This document shows positions 47,168 to 57,229 of a stretch of DNA of 64,000 nucleotides, in pieces. The position numbers and the translations under genes were made by a program. Within the stretch, counting starts at the first letter, position 1. Every line of letters begins with the position of its first letter. Source of the DNA: a virus (taxonomy: Duplodnaviria > Caudoviricetes); the IMG/VR virus record IMGVR_UViG_3300028596_000001; one strand, written 5' to 3'. The notes beneath the pieces are model-generated. The model saw only the letters and a program-made list of their open reading frames with translations. It searched no databases and was not told the DNA's origin.

Positions 47168-48235
47168 ATGGCAGATAACCCGCTCAACGGATGGTTTGAT
47201 GGGACTCCAGGTAACCAGAAACCAGGCCGAGATCTAGATCAGTCCAGCTATGAGGATTGGCTTGACTTTGCGTTCCGAGAGAACGGTGGACCAGGCTACC
47301 GATCAGCAATGATCAACATGTTGCGTGGGGCAAGGATTCTGGGCCCCGGGAACCAACAGGCCCCCATCCCCGACGACACCATAGGATTGGTTTTCATGAA
47401 CCGTCCTAAACTTAATTTGTCCGACCGAAATATCCAGGAACATCCGCAATTACTTACTCTTATCAGCCCTCCGCAGAATAGTCTTTCTGCTTATATAAAG
47501 GGTCTATTAGATCCTAACTGGGCTCGTGGTAATAGCGGCATGGTAGAATTCCTCGATCCCTTGTATCCATGGATCGCCCCTGTAAGTAACCTGATCAAGG
47601 TGTGCAGCGGTTTCCCTGACGTTAGTCTCAACGTGGCCCGCTCCACGCCCGGTATTCGTAAAGAAGTCTATCAGTACGTTGACGGCATCTTGCCAGTTAA
47701 CTACGACTTCGATATGTCGATGTCCTTCTTCCCTATCAAGCACAACATCTTGGCGAACATGTTCGATGTGTGGAACCATTACATCGACGGGGTTTCCACT
47801 GGTGACGAAGGGATGGAGCCTTATGCTGAAGCGCTTATTCAAAACTATCGTGATTTCGACGCTACTATCTTCACGATCATTCTGAACAAGAACCTGCGTA
47901 ACGTGGAAGGCATTTACAACAACGGTTATTGCTGGCCTAACACTTACCCGTCTGGTGCGTTCAGTTCCATTGACCGTACGCAGGATACCTTGCGCGGCCA
48001 GGGGCAGGATGAGCTAGAGATCCGCTTCCCTAGTGTGGGTTTCCGTTATAACAACTTGAAGGTGGTGGATCGGTTCAACCGGATCACTTTGGAATTCAAC
48101 CCGAACATGATGCCAGGTATTCGTGAAGAGAACTACCGCAAGCTCGAAGTAGCCGAGTACTTTGCTGGTGGTTACCACGCCTATCCTTGGATCAATCCAT
48201 TGAACATGGAAATGGAATACTGGAGTCCCAAGTAA
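47168..48235 (+). CDS. Tail-tube-fold baseplate protein (phiKZ gp88-like by synteny), 355 aa
   Basis: True start is ATG 47168; the upstream part of the 700-aa track ORF is antisense to the head gene. The CWPNTYP...ELEIRF pattern is typical of T4 gp19/gp54-like folds. Confidence 0.6.
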   Translation: MADNPLNGWFDGTPGNQKPGRDLDQSSYEDWLDFAFRENGGPGYRSAMINMLRGARILGPGNQQAPIPDDTIGLVFMNRPKLNLSDRNIQEHPQLLTLISPPQNSLSAYIKGLLDPNWARGNSGMVEFLDPLYPWIAPVSNLIKVCSGFPDVSLNVARSTPGIRKEVYQYVDGILPVNYDFDMSMSFFPIKHNILANMFDVWNHYIDGVSTGDEGMEPYAEALIQNYRDFDATIFTIILNKNLRNVEGIYNNGYCWPNTYPSGAFSSIDRTQDTLRGQGQDELEIRFPSVGFRYNNLKVVDRFNRITLEFNPNMMPGIREENYRKLEVAEYFAGGYHAYPWINPLNMEMEYWSPK

Positions 48236-51177
48236 TGGCCATTAGTCAAGATCAACTTATTGCTCTGGCGGATAACCCAGAGCGTGGTATCGATACCATC
48301 ATCAACGATATCGAGAATACCTGGTTCGATAAACGGGTCCAGCTTAACAGTAAAACCCACCCAGCTATCTTTGCTGCGGATCTGATCATTGGCACCTCGT
48401 ATGGCGTGCTGAACCGTATCGACGACTCGATCAGTCGTAACTTTGCAGACCATGCGCGGAACATCTCTGACCTGGCCAAGCACATGGGCGACGAAGAGAA
48501 GATCGGTCTGTTCGGTAACCCTAGTAACTGCACCATGGTTCTGGGTATTCAGATCAATGCCTTTAATAACCTGGCCAAGGATAAGACCGTTACGGTAGGC
48601 AAGGTTACCACCACGTACAAAATGCTGTTGTTCCCCAAAGATACCGAGATCATCATCAACGGCTATTACTTCGCCATTGAGAACGGCATCGAGATCCGTT
48701 ACAAGGAGTCTTCGGGTTACCAGGTAGTGTATGACGATAGCACACCTAACTCCCAGGCTCCTATCCGTGACAACGTGCTCAAACGTGGCTTCAAAGAAGA
48801 GAACGGTCAGATGTTCTTGGTTATCCAAGTTCCTGTTCGTCAACTCCGCTGTTTGGCTACTGAAGGCCTGACCTCCAACGCCTCGTCTGGTTGCCGTGGG
48901 AACATCGAATACCCGGATAACCTGTATAACGTTCGTGCCTTTATTCGTCGTGGTTCTAACCCGAACGTGTTGCAGGAAATCAAGGTAGCCTTCGACCAGG
49001 ATGTGTTCGACCAGAACAACACCACGCTGTCGCTGAATATCGACACCACCAACAAGACCTTCAACTACGAGATCCCCGACGTTTATATCCAGGATGGTAG
49101 CGGTGTTGGCACAGTCCACATTTATACCTACACCACCAAGGGTGATCTGGTTAAAGACTTCCGTGAAGTACCGTTGAAGGAGATCGTGGTCAACTACCAG
49201 GACTACCGTTATGGTGCTGGGCGTCTTGGTCCTTATTCGGAAGGTTTGCGTAACTCTGGTGCTATCGCTTGGGGTGTCACTGAGATGACCCGTGGTGGTA
49301 CTAACCCAAGACCGTTCCTGGAAGTCAAGGAAAGCTTCTTGCAGGGTCGTCGGGTACGTAATCTGCCTATCACCGAGAACAACCTGGAAGGTACAGTAGA
49401 AGGCTTCGGCTATAACTCGGTTAAGAGTATCGATTACCTCACTGGTCGCCAGTACTCGATTACCAAGGAACTGCCTAAGCAAAGCAACAAAGACTTCTAC
49501 GCTCCTATGGCGTGCTTTGTGGGTAGTCACCTCACTTCTGCTAACCAGTTGGTGGCAAGTGGTGTGGTGTTGGATAACGGTAAGCGTATTACCATTCCGC
49601 ACAACGTATTGTTCGACGTCAGTGCTTATACCACTCAGCTGGTTACCCAGCCGATCAAGGATAAGTATCTGGGCCTGTCCAACGAAGCGCTGGTGGAGCT
49701 GGTCAGTAATAAGACCTTGGTCTACACCCCGTTCTACTACGTGATGGATACCACCAACAACCAGGCGGTATTGCGTACCTATCACCTGGACAGCCCGAAG
49801 TTCGGTTACCAAACCTTTGTGGCCGAGAACGACGCTCTCAACATCGAAGTAGGTGTTGGGCAAATCGACATGGTCCATCAGGAAGACGGTTACCTGATCA
49901 CCATCGTTACCCAGAGCAGCCAGAGCTACAAGGAACTGGACAACGATGCGGTCGGTGTACAGATGTCGATGAACATTGTCGACTCTGAGTCGTTGGCTAG
50001 CCTTAAGGCTACGTTCTACGGTGTTACTGAAGCCGGTGAGCGTATCTGGCAGTTCAAGTTGAAGACCAACTTCGACCTGGACATTAACGACGTACTGTAC
50101 TTCAACAACCTGTGGATGTTCGGCCAGCAGCAGTACAGTGTTGGTACTCCGCTCGATATGAACATGACGTTCATCTTCACCATCAGTGGTGACCCTACTG
50201 CCACAGACACTCCGTCCGATCGCAAGATTGAACAGAGCATGTTTGCTGACAACCAGGTAGCCATTATCGAGACTTCTTATTCGGTTGTTATCGGTAGCCG
50301 TCTGGGCAACCTGTACAGTCGGATTCGTCCATTGGTTGGTGAAGGTCAGTACAAGCGCTATGAACAGGACGTGCCTGAAACCTACCCTGCTGATGTATTG
50401 AAGCGGGATGACGAAGGCAAGTTGATGTTTGACGGCCAAGGTGAAGTCATCGTCGAGCATCGTGCTGGCGAGATCATGTACAACAGCGCTGGCAAGATCA
50501 TTCTGCGTTACCGTAAGAATGACTTCATCCTGGACAGTGCTGGTCAGCGTATCCCTCTGGCACCACGTGAACTCCTGCATCACTTCGACTTCATTGCGTT
50601 TGATGCGGCTTACTACTTCAGTCGTGATGATTACGACAAAGAGTTTGCTCAGGAGACCAAGGACCACTTCGTCCATGTAGTCGGTGCGGATATGAGTTAC
50701 TTCGACACATTGACTCTGGACCGTACTGGGTTGTTCTACCAGCCGCGTAGCAAGATCGGTCCGGTACAAGTGTTGGTCAACAGTAACTACCAGATGTACC
50801 TCAAGCAAGACCTGAGTTTCGTGTTGGTGTACTACTTGACTCAGGGTGGCTACAAGAACCAGAACTTGAAAGACTCGCTGTTGGCTAGCAGTCCTAAAGT
50901 GATCAACGAAATGCTGGACGGTGCTACAACTATCTCCACCGCAGAGATCATCCAAGCTTTGCGGAACAACGCACCACCTGAAGTAGTGGGCATCAAGCTC
51001 AACGCTTTGGCAGGGGATAGCACAGTAGATATTATCAGTAACGAAGACTCGCTGACCGGTTTCAGTGTTCGTAAGTTGCTGAAGCTGACCAGTGACCAGT
51101 TGGTGGCGGTACAAGAGGCGATCGATACCTCGTTCATGCCTCACGACCGTGCAATGGTAAGTATGGGCCAAGTATAA
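48235..51177 (+). CDS. Large baseplate wedge-like protein (phiKZ gp87-like by synteny), 980 aa
   Basis: TAATG coupling at 48233-48237 and GGAG RBS; long beta-rich ORF. Confidence 0.65.
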   Translation: MAISQDQLIALADNPERGIDTIINDIENTWFDKRVQLNSKTHPAIFAADLIIGTSYGVLNRIDDSISRNFADHARNISDLAKHMGDEEKIGLFGNPSNCTMVLGIQINAFNNLAKDKTVTVGKVTTTYKMLLFPKDTEIIINGYYFAIENGIEIRYKESSGYQVVYDDSTPNSQAPIRDNVLKRGFKEENGQMFLVIQVPVRQLRCLATEGLTSNASSGCRGNIEYPDNLYNVRAFIRRGSNPNVLQEIKVAFDQDVFDQNNTTLSLNIDTTNKTFNYEIPDVYIQDGSGVGTVHIYTYTTKGDLVKDFREVPLKEIVVNYQDYRYGAGRLGPYSEGLRNSGAIAWGVTEMTRGGTNPRPFLEVKESFLQGRRVRNLPITENNLEGTVEGFGYNSVKSIDYLTGRQYSITKELPKQSNKDFYAPMACFVGSHLTSANQLVASGVVLDNGKRITIPHNVLFDVSAYTTQLVTQPIKDKYLGLSNEALVELVSNKTLVYTPFYYVMDTTNNQAVLRTYHLDSPKFGYQTFVAENDALNIEVGVGQIDMVHQEDGYLITIVTQSSQSYKELDNDAVGVQMSMNIVDSESLASLKATFYGVTEAGERIWQFKLKTNFDLDINDVLYFNNLWMFGQQQYSVGTPLDMNMTFIFTISGDPTATDTPSDRKIEQSMFADNQVAIIETSYSVVIGSRLGNLYSRIRPLVGEGQYKRYEQDVPETYPADVLKRDDEGKLMFDGQGEVIVEHRAGEIMYNSAGKIILRYRKNDFILDSAGQRIPLAPRELLHHFDFIAFDAAYYFSRDDYDKEFAQETKDHFVHVVGADMSYFDTLTLDRTGLFYQPRSKIGPVQVLVNSNYQMYLKQDLSFVLVYYLTQGGYKNQNLKDSLLASSPKVINEMLDGATTISTAEIIQALRNNAPPEVVGIKLNALAGDSTVDIISNEDSLTGFSVRKLLKLTSDQLVAVQEAIDTSFMPHDRAMVSMGQV

Positions 51178-51189
51178 AGCTATAAACCT

Positions 51190-51224
51190 TACTACCCCTA
51201 GCCCTTAACGGGGCTAGGGGTAGT
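51190..51224. terminator. Bidirectional terminator
   Basis: 15-bp stem TACTACCCCTAGCCC / GGGCTAGGGGTAGTA, loop TTAAC. Confidence 0.8.
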
Positions 51225-51232
51225 ATAGGCCT

Positions 51233-51973
51233 TTATTCCGCGATTACTTCCAAGGTAGAAGCCAACTGGGTCAAGTACTCAGCGAACAAGTACGTGAAGT
51301 TGATTTCTGCCAGGTACGACTTGGTGCTGTACTGCACACCGGCCAGACTAGGATTGTCGCTACCTTCTTCAGGCTCACGGTTACGACGTTCCACTACCTT
51401 GTGATGCGCTTCCTTGAGGTCAGGGAGGAAGTCCGTGATGAACAGATAGTCCCCGTCTTCCACAAGCTGGGATTCCACCTTGTAGTCTTTCCACGCACTG
51501 GCTTCAGCTGCTTCTTCAACGCTCAGGGTAAACGAGTTCCAGCGGATGCCCTCGATATAGATGAGGACGTTACGACGGAATTCGTTATGAGCATTCAGCG
51601 CCACTTCGTTGTTGGGATCGAAATGGCTCAGCTGCTTCAGGATTACACCGATGTAGTTCTCGATGTAATGCTGTGTATCCAGCATGAAGGTAATGCCAGG
51701 CTTGGTAGGACCGGCGATGTTATCCAACGCATACCCAGGCAAACCAGCGTAACGAATGATCGAGGAGTTCTCAGCGGGGAACGACGCCGACAACTGAGCT
51801 ACCAATTTCTTGGCTTCAGGTGTCTCACCCCAGATACCTTTAATGATCACCCGAGCAGCCCCGAGGGTCACACCTTTGTCCAGCGCACTACGGATCTGCT
51901 CGAGGTTACCCGCGCATTCCTGGATAGCCACTTCTGCGGCGGTACGAGAAGTTACGATAGTTTCCCAGTTCAT
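51233..51973 (-). CDS. Hypothetical head-block protein (246 aa)
   Basis: Coupled to the upstream gene (4-nt overlap). Confidence 0.6.
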   Translation of the reverse strand: MNWETIVTSRTAAEVAIQECAGNLEQIRSALDKGVTLGAARVIIKGIWGETPEAKKLVAQLSASFPAENSSIIRYAGLPGYALDNIAGPTKPGITFMLDTQHYIENYIGVILKQLSHFDPNNEVALNAHNEFRRNVLIYIEGIRWNSFTLSVEEAAEASAWKDYKVESQLVEDGDYLFITDFLPDLKEAHHKVVERRNREPEEGSDNPSLAGVQYSTKSYLAEINFTYLFAEYLTQLASTLEVIAE

Positions 51974-53520
51974 ACGGTTTTACCCCAGCCGATTTGTCGA
52001 GTGAAGTTGTTGTAGACTTCCTTGAGGTTCTTCATGTCGGCTTGTGCGTAGTTGTGGAACTCAGCACTGAGCTTTTCCATGAAGGTCTTGGCGTCTGCAT
52101 CTTTGATGAACATCAAGGGCTGAGGGCGACCCTTGCTATCTACCAACGGTTTATGACCATTCTTCTTGGCGTCTGCGATCGACTTCTTCATGGTCTCGAT
52201 GTCACCCAACACGCCACCGTAGTAGAAGGCGTGCGCACGGTTATGCCATTCGATCAGATTGGTCGCTTGTTTCTGCACAACGATCAGCGCCTGGGACACA
52301 CTGAAGCAGAACTGGGTAAAGCTTCGCACCTCGATGGTCATTCGCTGATATTCAGTAATCAACTGATGTTCAGTCGGGATAGACTTGAAGTTGAAGAAGT
52401 CGTTCATGTCCTTGATCTTTGCAGACTCAGACTTGTCGACGATATTACCGAGTTCTTTCCAGTTGATGCCAGACAGGTCCAGCTCGTTATCGGAGATCTG
52501 TTGATAACGTGCGTTCAGGCCCTGGATCGTAGCCATGATCACCGGAATATCTTGAGGAGGCAGCTCCAGCTTTTCGGTGTGGATGGTTTGCTTGAGCTTA
52601 GCACGGACTTTGTCGAAGCCCTCGGTCAGTTCTTCGTTGGTAAACTTGAGCTTATACAGCTCTTCGTAAACCTTGCCGACGATCTCACTGATAGGAGCAA
52701 CGTCCAACCCAGCTTTGACTTCCTGGATAGCTTTGGTAACCCGGTTAACTTCTGGCGAGCTAGCGAGGCTGATAGCTTCACCACGGCTTTTACGAACCAT
52801 GGTAGCCTTATGCTCGTCAGCGATAACCTTCTTCAGACGACGGACGTTCTGTTCAACCGAGTTACTAGCCTGGCGCAGTTTGGCTACTGCTTGTTGCAAC
52901 AGAGGGAGAGCAGCACTGAGACCATTAATGGAATCAACGTCTTTGTCCATCTTGCTTTTCAGCAGCATGACCTGGAGCACTGGACTCTTACCAGCAGGCA
53001 GTTCACCCAGGTAGTTCTCCACGTTGTACTGACCAACAGGGAAACCCAAACCTTTGAGCGTAGCGGCGAACTCTTCCTTGAGTTCTTCCAGGTTATCGTC
53101 GATAGCCTTGGTGATCCTGGCGCTCTTACGGAAGCCGAAGAACGTCTTGACCCCGTCTACCACCCAGTCGATGGCCATACGGATGTACTTGATGATCCCT
53201 TCGATTACCACTTGGAATCTGTCAGCGATTGCCGAGAAGAAACCTTCAGCACCAGTGCGGGCGTTACGTTCCGATGGGAAAGGGTCGTAGCTGGATGTGT
53301 TGGGTAGGTCCATGAGGCGCGCTACGTCTTTCGACAGCTTGCGCAGCGAGAGTTGTTCAAACCCTTGCATCATGACGGTGCCTTCGTCCTGACCGGTCTC
53401 TTTGTAATACTCATCGAGATCGATGCGCTGCTTGCCTTCCCCCGGCTGATAGGAATCAGTAGGAGCTGAATTGCCTACCTGTTTGTAGGAATCCAACTGG
53501 GAAGTTGGTTCATCACTCAT
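51970..53520 (-). CDS. Head/ejection protein (phiKZ gp86-like by synteny), 516 aa
   Basis: TGAEG site followed by the amphipathic helix FFSAIADRF...IDWVVDGVKTFFGF. Confidence 0.65.
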   Translation of the reverse strand: MSDEPTSQLDSYKQVGNSAPTDSYQPGEGKQRIDLDEYYKETGQDEGTVMMQGFEQLSLRKLSKDVARLMDLPNTSSYDPFPSERNARTGAEGFFSAIADRFQVVIEGIIKYIRMAIDWVVDGVKTFFGFRKSARITKAIDDNLEELKEEFAATLKGLGFPVGQYNVENYLGELPAGKSPVLQVMLLKSKMDKDVDSINGLSAALPLLQQAVAKLRQASNSVEQNVRRLKKVIADEHKATMVRKSRGEAISLASSPEVNRVTKAIQEVKAGLDVAPISEIVGKVYEELYKLKFTNEELTEGFDKVRAKLKQTIHTEKLELPPQDIPVIMATIQGLNARYQQISDNELDLSGINWKELGNIVDKSESAKIKDMNDFFNFKSIPTEHQLITEYQRMTIEVRSFTQFCFSVSQALIVVQKQATNLIEWHNRAHAFYYGGVLGDIETMKKSIADAKKNGHKPLVDSKGRPQPLMFIKDADAKTFMEKLSAEFHNYAQADMKNLKEVYNNFTRQIGWGKTV

Positions 53521-53917
53521 GGCACGACTCCAGTTCCTTGATCAGGTAACCGACCAGCTCGCTGAAGCCTGGGGCTTTGGAAGCGTCAACTTCGCCTTCC
53601 TTGGACCACAGGGTGAACTGCTTGGCGCACGGCAGGCTACCGGTGTTCGCCATGCTGCCGGCGATCAGGTTGATACGGGTAAGGATCGACTGGTGAATGA
53701 AACGGCCGTTGATAGGCGAAACGCTGTTCCACTTTTCCAGCTGGTGGTAGAGAACCTTTTCCATGTCGGCCGTGAACACGCCACCAGACTTGAAGGCTAC
53801 CGCCAAACCAGCACGGATGTAAGCTTCGTTGAGCATGTGGCTTTGTTCTTCTGGACAGAACACACCTTGCTCGGTGTACGCCTTTTTAACTTCCAACACG
53901 TGGATGAGATGAGACAT
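53513..53917 (-). CDS. Small virion protein (phiKZ gp85-like by synteny), 134 aa
   Basis: AAGGAG RBS; operon position. Confidence 0.55.
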   Translation of the reverse strand: MSHLIHVLEVKKAYTEQGVFCPEEQSHMLNEAYIRAGLAVAFKSGGVFTADMEKVLYHQLEKWNSVSPINGRFIHQSILTRINLIAGSMANTGSLPCAKQFTLWSKEGEVDASKAPGFSELVGYLIKELESCHE

Positions 53918-53928
53918 TGTTTAGCTCC

Positions 53929-55293
53929 TTAAGCCAAAGATTTGAGGCGTTCCGCCAGTACAATCATTTCGTTGTTACCCAGGGCTTGGGTGAAATGCTC
54001 GAGTTCTTGTTTCTTGAAATCAGCACCAGCAAACATCCAGCCGGCGAAGCGTTTAACGAAGGTACCTTCATACCAAGGCTTGATGGCCTTGTTGATCTCC
54101 AACAGCTTCTCGATGTCGGCAACCAATTCAGTACGTTCGTTAGCAGGCATGCCTTTAACTTCTTTCAGCTTAGCGATAAGCTGGCGCACGGCATCTTCGA
54201 ACCGTCGATGGTTGGAGTTGTACACACCAGAGAAGCCTGGAGTGAAGTACGCCAAGATCAGCGTCAGTACAAAGATGAAGATACCGCCAAGGGCCAACGC
54301 AGCACCGGGAATACCCGCAGCCACCATCAGAACCAATTGGGGGAAGAAGAGCGCGCTGGTAAACAGAGTATAAACGATACCGGCGGTGAACATGTCGAGC
54401 AGGATGGTAATGCACCCCTGGTCCACCAGAACACCGATAGCAGCGATCACACCTTTGCCGCAGCCCATACGGATAGCGTAAACGTCAGCGATAACTTCGC
54501 TAGACATCTGTTCTACACCCAGGGACAGAGCGCGAGTAGTATTCCGCTGGTTGACCAGTTTATTGAAATACATGATCGCAGTATGCTCGTCACTGTTCTG
54601 TGCCAGCTCTTGCAATTCAGCTTGTTTGTCCGGACGGAGGTCCATCACTGCACTCATGTCTTGCAGGACCACAACACGTTCTTCAGGCGATGCCTTGCCT
54701 TGATAGAAGCGCAGAGCCGCTTTACCGATAACGTTATCGGCAGCAACGGTGAACATCAGCGCACAGCCACCGTAGCAGTGGCCTATCTCGTGAGCAATGG
54801 CTCCAGTCAGAATCCCAGCGATCGACACGTTGTACTTTTGAATCTTATCGCTAGGGAAAGTATCCGAAAGGTTAACGTTAATCCGCATGGTGATTGGCAG
54901 ATCACAGAAGGCACCTTTAACCTTGCCAGTACGGAAATCTACTTCCCCTTTGAACACTTTGTTTTTGTTCTGGACGAACCACTTGTAAAGGGTGGTCTCG
55001 GTAGACTTGAGGAGCCCATCCAGCCCAGCGCTGTTGAGTACATGGTTTGGCGAGAAGTAACCGACGTCTACGGAAAGGTTACCCTCTTCGACCAGCTCGA
55101 TCTTGACGTTACGGAAACCAGTGAATTCTTCAATGATGTCCTTAATGCCCTTAACCGAATCCTTGGAGAGAGTATTGGTGTTATTAATATTGTTTTCCAG
55201 GAACCCTGAAAGTTTTACGTAGAAGTCATCACTCTGAAAGTTGATGAATTCCAAACCTTCCCTGGGTTGGGTAAGGAACGACATGGACAGCAT
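53929..55293 (-). CDS. Membrane zinc-metalloprotease-like virion protein (M48-like; phiKZ gp84-like position), 454 aa
   Basis: AIAHEIGH (HExxH), a downstream EVIADVYAIRMG (M48-type ExxAD), and a long hydrophobic hairpin. Confidence 0.6.
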   Translation of the reverse strand: MLSMSFLTQPREGLEFINFQSDDFYVKLSGFLENNINNTNTLSKDSVKGIKDIIEEFTGFRNVKIELVEEGNLSVDVGYFSPNHVLNSAGLDGLLKSTETTLYKWFVQNKNKVFKGEVDFRTGKVKGAFCDLPITMRINVNLSDTFPSDKIQKYNVSIAGILTGAIAHEIGHCYGGCALMFTVAADNVIGKAALRFYQGKASPEERVVVLQDMSAVMDLRPDKQAELQELAQNSDEHTAIMYFNKLVNQRNTTRALSLGVEQMSSEVIADVYAIRMGCGKGVIAAIGVLVDQGCITILLDMFTAGIVYTLFTSALFFPQLVLMVAAGIPGAALALGGIFIFVLTLILAYFTPGFSGVYNSNHRRFEDAVRQLIAKLKEVKGMPANERTELVADIEKLLEINKAIKPWYEGTFVKRFAGWMFAGADFKKQELEHFTQALGNNEMIVLAERLKSLA

Positions 55294-55372
55294 AAGAACA
55301 CACCCCTCATATTTTTAACTGGGTCGCTATGGTTATAGCGCAAAATTCGAGACATAAAATGCAGGCATTTCC

Positions 55373-57175
55373 ATGACTCCGAACATTTCACCCATTGTGG
55401 CCAAAGTTTGTAAAAGTGCTGGCTACAGTGAGCACAAATACGACAAAAGCCAAGACCTGTTGTGTGCCAAGATTACCAACATCCACGAGGACGGTAGTCG
55501 CTCTAATTCGTTCATCGCAATTAAGAACTATAAGCAACCTTTTTGGATTGTGAAGGACACCCACCGGCACTTCAAACAACACAAGGATTACATCAAAGAG
55601 TCGATGGTGCGTGAGTACAACCAACCACGCTGCCGTATCCCTTTTGAGGTCAAGAAACAACTGTACGGGGCTGCTGATAACAAAGCGTCCATGTACGACG
55701 TTAAGAAAGAACAGTTCGTGTTTGGTTTGGACCAGACTCCACCTGTACACTTCAAGCGTCGGTTCTTTGAGAAGTATGGTGAGATCCAGGAGAAGGAACC
55801 ATACACTCTAGCGGCATTCGACGTCGAAGCAGATATGGATGATCCGGAACAACCGATCATCTGTGCTTCGGTAACCATGAAAGATAAGGCTTACTTCGCC
55901 GGTGTCCGTGGTTGGTATAAAGAGGACAACGACGAGGACATCCTAGACAAGCTCAAGGAAGCAGAAGAGAAGTACGTCAAGGAACACGTTGAGCGTCGTA
56001 ACTGCAAGATCGCTTATGAACTGTTTGACACACCTGGTCAAGTAGTAGCCGCCTGTATTGGCAAGTTCCACGAATGGGAACCTGACTGGGTAGCTAGCTG
56101 GAACGCAGCATACGACATGGAAGCTTGCGAGAAGGCCTTGATTAAAGAAGGTTATGATCTCGCTGACGTTTACTGTGACCCGCGTGTACCTAGAGAGTTC
56201 CGTTCCTACGAATATAACCCTGGGCGTACGCACAAGGTTAAAGAGAACGGTGACCGTACTCCTTTGGAACCGCAAGAGAAGTTCCCGAGTGTGCGTTGCC
56301 AGGCTACTTGGAAATGGGCAGATGCCATGTCGGTATATGCTATCAAACGTTTCCCATTCGGCAAGTTGGAAAGCTACTCGCTGGAAGCCATCTCTAACCG
56401 TGAAGAAGTTCCTGGTAAGCTGTACACCGATGAAGGTCGTCAATGGGGCAATGGTTCGCCTCAGTGGCACCGGAACATGCAGCGTTACCAGAAGTACTTG
56501 TACTCGATCTACAACATCGCGGATAACTGGCCGATTGAAGAGATCAACGAGAAGACCTTCGACTTCACTCTCTCGTTACCAATGCTGCTACGCTACTCGG
56601 AGTACTTCAACTTCGTGTCGCAACCTACATTGATCTCGGATACTCTTTCCTTTGTTGCGAAAGAGCACGGTTATGTTTGGGGCAGCACTCCGCCTAAACG
56701 TGACACCTACTTCAGTGATCGCCTGCCTACTCTGGGTGACTGGATTGCTCTCCTCGATACTGAGAAGAACGCCAGCCAAGGTAGCTTCCTGTTCGAGGGT
56801 CTTCTGGATGTTCAGAGCCAAGGTCGAGGGGCTACTTCTGACTTGGACGTGGAGGGTGCTTACCCAACTGGTACTCTGACTGGTAACGTAAGTAACGCTA
56901 CCACGATGATGGAAGTGTATCGTATCCAAGGGGCTGATGCCATGCAGCTGCGTGAGATCGCTGTTAACTACGCAAGTAGCCCAGCGGCTAACGCAATCGG
57001 TTTGGGCCACGCTCTGTATCGTTTCCCGAAAGTAAGCGATATGGTAGAGGTGTTCGAACGTTGCCTGCGCGAACGTGGTATGGAAGACGTTCTGTACAAA
57101 CTGCAGAATGCTGAAGCGGCTAATGCTCCTGTGATCGACGAAACACTCAACCCTGACCTGCCAATGGCAGCATAA
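55373..57175 (+). CDS. Family B DNA polymerase, exonuclease-containing split subunit (phiKZ gp82-like), 600 aa
   Basis: ExoI FDVEAD, ExoII WNAAYD, ExoIII YNIAD and palm motif A DLDVEGAYP; no motif B or C before the stop. Confidence 0.8.
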   Translation: MTPNISPIVAKVCKSAGYSEHKYDKSQDLLCAKITNIHEDGSRSNSFIAIKNYKQPFWIVKDTHRHFKQHKDYIKESMVREYNQPRCRIPFEVKKQLYGAADNKASMYDVKKEQFVFGLDQTPPVHFKRRFFEKYGEIQEKEPYTLAAFDVEADMDDPEQPIICASVTMKDKAYFAGVRGWYKEDNDEDILDKLKEAEEKYVKEHVERRNCKIAYELFDTPGQVVAACIGKFHEWEPDWVASWNAAYDMEACEKALIKEGYDLADVYCDPRVPREFRSYEYNPGRTHKVKENGDRTPLEPQEKFPSVRCQATWKWADAMSVYAIKRFPFGKLESYSLEAISNREEVPGKLYTDEGRQWGNGSPQWHRNMQRYQKYLYSIYNIADNWPIEEINEKTFDFTLSLPMLLRYSEYFNFVSQPTLISDTLSFVAKEHGYVWGSTPPKRDTYFSDRLPTLGDWIALLDTEKNASQGSFLFEGLLDVQSQGRGATSDLDVEGAYPTGTLTGNVSNATTMMEVYRIQGADAMQLREIAVNYASSPAANAIGLGHALYRFPKVSDMVEVFERCLRERGMEDVLYKLQNAEAANAPVIDETLNPDLPMAA

Positions 57176-57179
57176 CAGC

Positions 57180-57222
57180 TATAACCCTACCCAGGCTCCC
57201 GAAGGGCCTGGGTAGGGTTATA
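57180..57222. terminator. Bidirectional terminator after the DNAP subunit gene
   Basis: 17-bp stem TATAACCCTACCCAGGC / GCCTGGGTAGGGTTATA. Confidence 0.8.
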
Positions 57223-57229
57223 TACACGC

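Noticed and set aside
48181-51171. 996-aa minus-strand ORF antisense to the wedge-like gene
   Set aside because: Same shadow-frame effect; it is almost exactly coextensive with the real gene.
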